Sequence record: PQ227241.1
DNA length: 64,000 bases
Strand: one strand, 5' to 3'
The notes under the pieces were generated by a model. It made no database searches. It was not told the origin of the DNA and saw only the letters and a program-made list of their open reading frames with translations. Below, in pieces: positions 62,895 through 64,000 of this stretch (positions are counted from its first letter, which is position 1; every line of letters begins with the position of its first letter). The translations under genes were made by a program, and so were the position numbers.

Positions 62895-63548
62895 TTAACT
62901 TTTATCCAGATGTCTATTACGAGTGCGTTCCACTGCTGTAGGTTCGACAGTGGCTCGCGGTAGATAAGTAATCTCCGGGAAAGTCTTATTAAGAGCATCT
63001 TCAATTAGCTCTTTAGCAATCTCTGCATCGATGTAATGGTTTAGAATAATACCACGATGATACAGGAAGAAGCTGTATTCATCATAACCATGGCGAAGAC
63101 TTACTTTACCACGATACCCACCATAGGTTAGAGTATCTTCGTTAATTTCATTCCGATAAATATCAAGTTGGATATTATTTTGAAGATGCATTTGAATGAA
63201 GTCATTACTATCACCGCCGAATAGGGTTGGTCGTTTCCGACCGGTAACAACATCTTGGATGGAATCCATTAGTCGGTTAATGTCTGTTTCTAATCGTTGG
63301 ATATCACATTGAGAATTCATTGCTTCATGAAAACGAGTTACAACTGCATTGAATTCTTCTTCAGTCCAACCATTGGTACGTTTTTCATAATCAACAATGA
63401 TAATACCGAACCAGGCATAACCGTTAGAATGTTTTACTTTAACACATAGATGAGGTACATTATCAGCACCTGACTGATGGTTAACAGTGTAATTATTATT
63501 ACGGCTGATTACTAGTTTGATAAAAGGTAGACTAATGATTGACGCCAT
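62895..63548 (-). CDS. Hypothetical protein
   Basis: 217 aa, AAGGA RBS. Confidence 0.7.
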   Translation of the reverse strand: MASIISLPFIKLVISRNNNYTVNHQSGADNVPHLCVKVKHSNGYAWFGIIIVDYEKRTNGWTEEEFNAVVTRFHEAMNSQCDIQRLETDINRLMDSIQDVVTGRKRPTLFGGDSNDFIQMHLQNNIQLDIYRNEINEDTLTYGGYRGKVSLRHGYDEYSFFLYHRGIILNHYIDAEIAKELIEDALNKTFPEITYLPRATVEPTAVERTRNRHLDKS

Positions 63549-63640
63549 GGAAATATTCCTTTTGTATTCTTTAAATTAAAGTAGGAGTTATTTTTTGAGT
63601 TTCAACTCAATACATCAATAACTCCAGTATGTTTTCAAAA

Positions 63641-63994
63641 TTAAATACATGTATTTACAGTTACATTGTAACCAGTTAGTTTTGCCAGCAATACGAATGA
63701 GCGAACCTGTTCGATTTTTTCAGAAACAATGAAAATATGTGTAATACGATCCTCATCAACATACTGATATCGAAATGAAGTATAGCTAAATGACACATCC
63801 GTATCGTTTAAATAAGTGATATTAAAATCATCTACTTCCCTATCAAGCTTACTAAGCTCTGTAAGTAATACTTGATAGGGCGTAATGGTGATACGGTGGT
63901 TTTCACAACGTTGAATAAGCTGATGTAGTTTAGAAGGCAGTTTATCAACTACCTTTTTATAACTATCATCACATTCTAGAAAGTTATGCGCCAA
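63641..63994 (-). CDS. Hypothetical protein (may extend to the window edge)
   Basis: 117 aa. Confidence 0.6.
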   Translation of the reverse strand: MAHNFLECDDSYKKVVDKLPSKLHQLIQRCENHRITITPYQVLLTELSKLDREVDDFNITYLNDTDVSFSYTSFRYQYVDEDRITHIFIVSEKIEQVRSFVLLAKLTGYNVTVNTCI

Positions 63995-64000
63995 ACCATT

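Overview
This is 64 kb of a phiKZ-type Pseudomonas jumbo phage (Phikzvirus, nucleus-forming Chimalliviridae), either phiKZ itself or a very close relative, read in reverse relative to the usual phiKZ gene numbering. It runs from about gp52 down to gp1, crosses the reference start point and continues through nrdA/nrdB and the tRNA cluster. Recognisable genes are a split family-B DNA polymerase subunit, PhuZ tubulin, Dip (RNA degradosome inhibitor), tail tube, tail sheath, large terminase, DHFR, class Ia ribonucleotide reductase and 7 complete tRNAs. Probable genes are ChmB and the ribosome-binding gp14. A GC-richer early cluster of small unknown genes lies at about 31.3-41 kb. The most notable observations are: (i) two ORF-free candidate small RNAs with C-rich loops, each bounded by a fixed-spacing promoter motif (TAC-N14-TATG, shared with the tRNA promoters) and an intrinsic terminator, plus a structured leader behind the same motif; (ii) a tRNA-Asn(GUU) built on a tRNA-Tyr-like long-variable-arm body, beside a duplicated 5' half of the canonical tRNA-Asn; (iii) unannotated-looking domains (HslV/proteasome-beta-like Ntn hydrolase, KTSC-like domain, bL12-like motif, TYW3-like motif, SlyB-like glycine zipper); (iv) a probable array of divergent paralogs beside the polymerase. 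phiKZ gp numbers are recalled from memory of sequence or synteny and were not checked against a database.
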